Assembly (NCBI GenBank): GCA_027031765.1
Contig: JALVPN010000057.1
Location: 1 to 5,946 of the forward strand
Direction: 5' to 3'
Source: Promethearchaeota archaeon
GTDB lineage: Archaea > Asgardarchaeota > Thorarchaeia > Thorarchaeales > Thorarchaeaceae
Length of the DNA: 5,946 nucleotides
Position 1 is the stretch's first letter. Each line of letters starts with the position of its first letter. Under the pieces are notes generated by a model. The model saw nothing but the letters and a program-made list of their open reading frames with translations, did not search any database and had not been told where the DNA came from. The position numbers were made by a program, and so were the translations under genes. Below, one piece after another: positions 5,355 through 5,946 of this stretch.

Positions 5355-5946
5355 ATGGGAGATCCACGCCGACAGAAAAAGAAGTACGTCACACCCAAGC
5401 GTCCCTTTGACAGCGAGCGCTTCGAGCAGGAGCTCCAGCTTGTGGGGATTTATGGCCTCAGGAACAAGCGGGAACTCTGGAAGCACAGGACAGAGCTGTC
5501 AAGATACAGACGTCAGGCCAGGAACCTCCTGGCCCAGCCGCCATCAGAGCGGGCCAAAGAAGAGAGGCAGCTCCTTGACCGACTGATACGCCTGGGAATC
5601 CTCACAAAAGAGCCCACACTTGAGAACGTCCTCGACCTCACACTCGAAGATGTGCTTGAACGCAGGCTGCAGACCATTGTCTTCCGGAAAGGCCTTGCGT
5701 GTTCAGTCCATCACGCACGACAGCTCGTCGCACACGGCCACATCGTTCTGGGCCCGGCACGTGTGACCACCCCCTCGCGCATAATCACGCTCGATGAAGA
5801 GGAGCGCATCGGTTACTCTGCAAAGTCACCACTCAACGACGAGTCACACCCCGCAAGGATTGCCGCAGCTGAGATTGCGAGCCGGACGGCTGCTGAAGCG
5901 CCAGAGCCAGTGGCCGAACCGCCAGCCCCACCACCCGTCACCCCAC
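5355..5946 (+). CDS. rps4: 30S ribosomal protein S4 (uS4, archaeal type; eukaryotic S9 homolog), 3'-truncated by the window edge
   Basis: Not in the ORF track. Manual translation from ATG 5355 gives MGDPRRQKKKYVTPKRPFD...YGLRNKRELWK...LERRLQTIVFRKGLACSVHHARQLVAHGHI...SPLNDESHPAR, with no stop before the window end (197 complete codons). It follows rps13 as in the archaeal alpha-operon-like cluster. Confidence 0.97.
   Translation, partial: MGDPRRQKKKYVTPKRPFDSERFEQELQLVGIYGLRNKRELWKHRTELSRYRRQARNLLAQPPSERAKEERQLLDRLIRLGILTKEPTLENVLDLTLEDVLERRLQTIVFRKGLACSVHHARQLVAHGHIVLGPARVTTPSRIITLDEEERIGYSAKSPLNDESHPARIAAAEIASRTAAEAPEPVAEPPAPPPVTP

Overview
This is an archaeal, mostly housekeeping window. 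The order is: 5'-truncated RNase Z (+), geranylgeranyl-reductase-family flavoprotein (-), type I L-asparaginase (+), intron-containing tRNA-Ser(GGA) (-), a ~303-aa protein with a predicted N-terminal longin-like domain fused to an Arf/Ras-type small GTPase (+), then archaeal rps13 and a 3'-truncated rps4 that the ORF track missed. The archaeal ribosomal proteins, the bulge-helix-bulge (BHB) type tRNA intron, the TATA boxes and the eukaryote-like GTPase together point to an Asgard archaeon (inference only). The strongest lead is the longin-GTPase fusion, which sits between tRNA-Ser and rps13, two loci that are adjacent in several other archaea. Several hand-folded RNA structures in the 4721-4885 spacer are weaker leads. 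I found no CRISPR array, mobile element or rRNA. All domain and fold calls are by eye, with no database searches.
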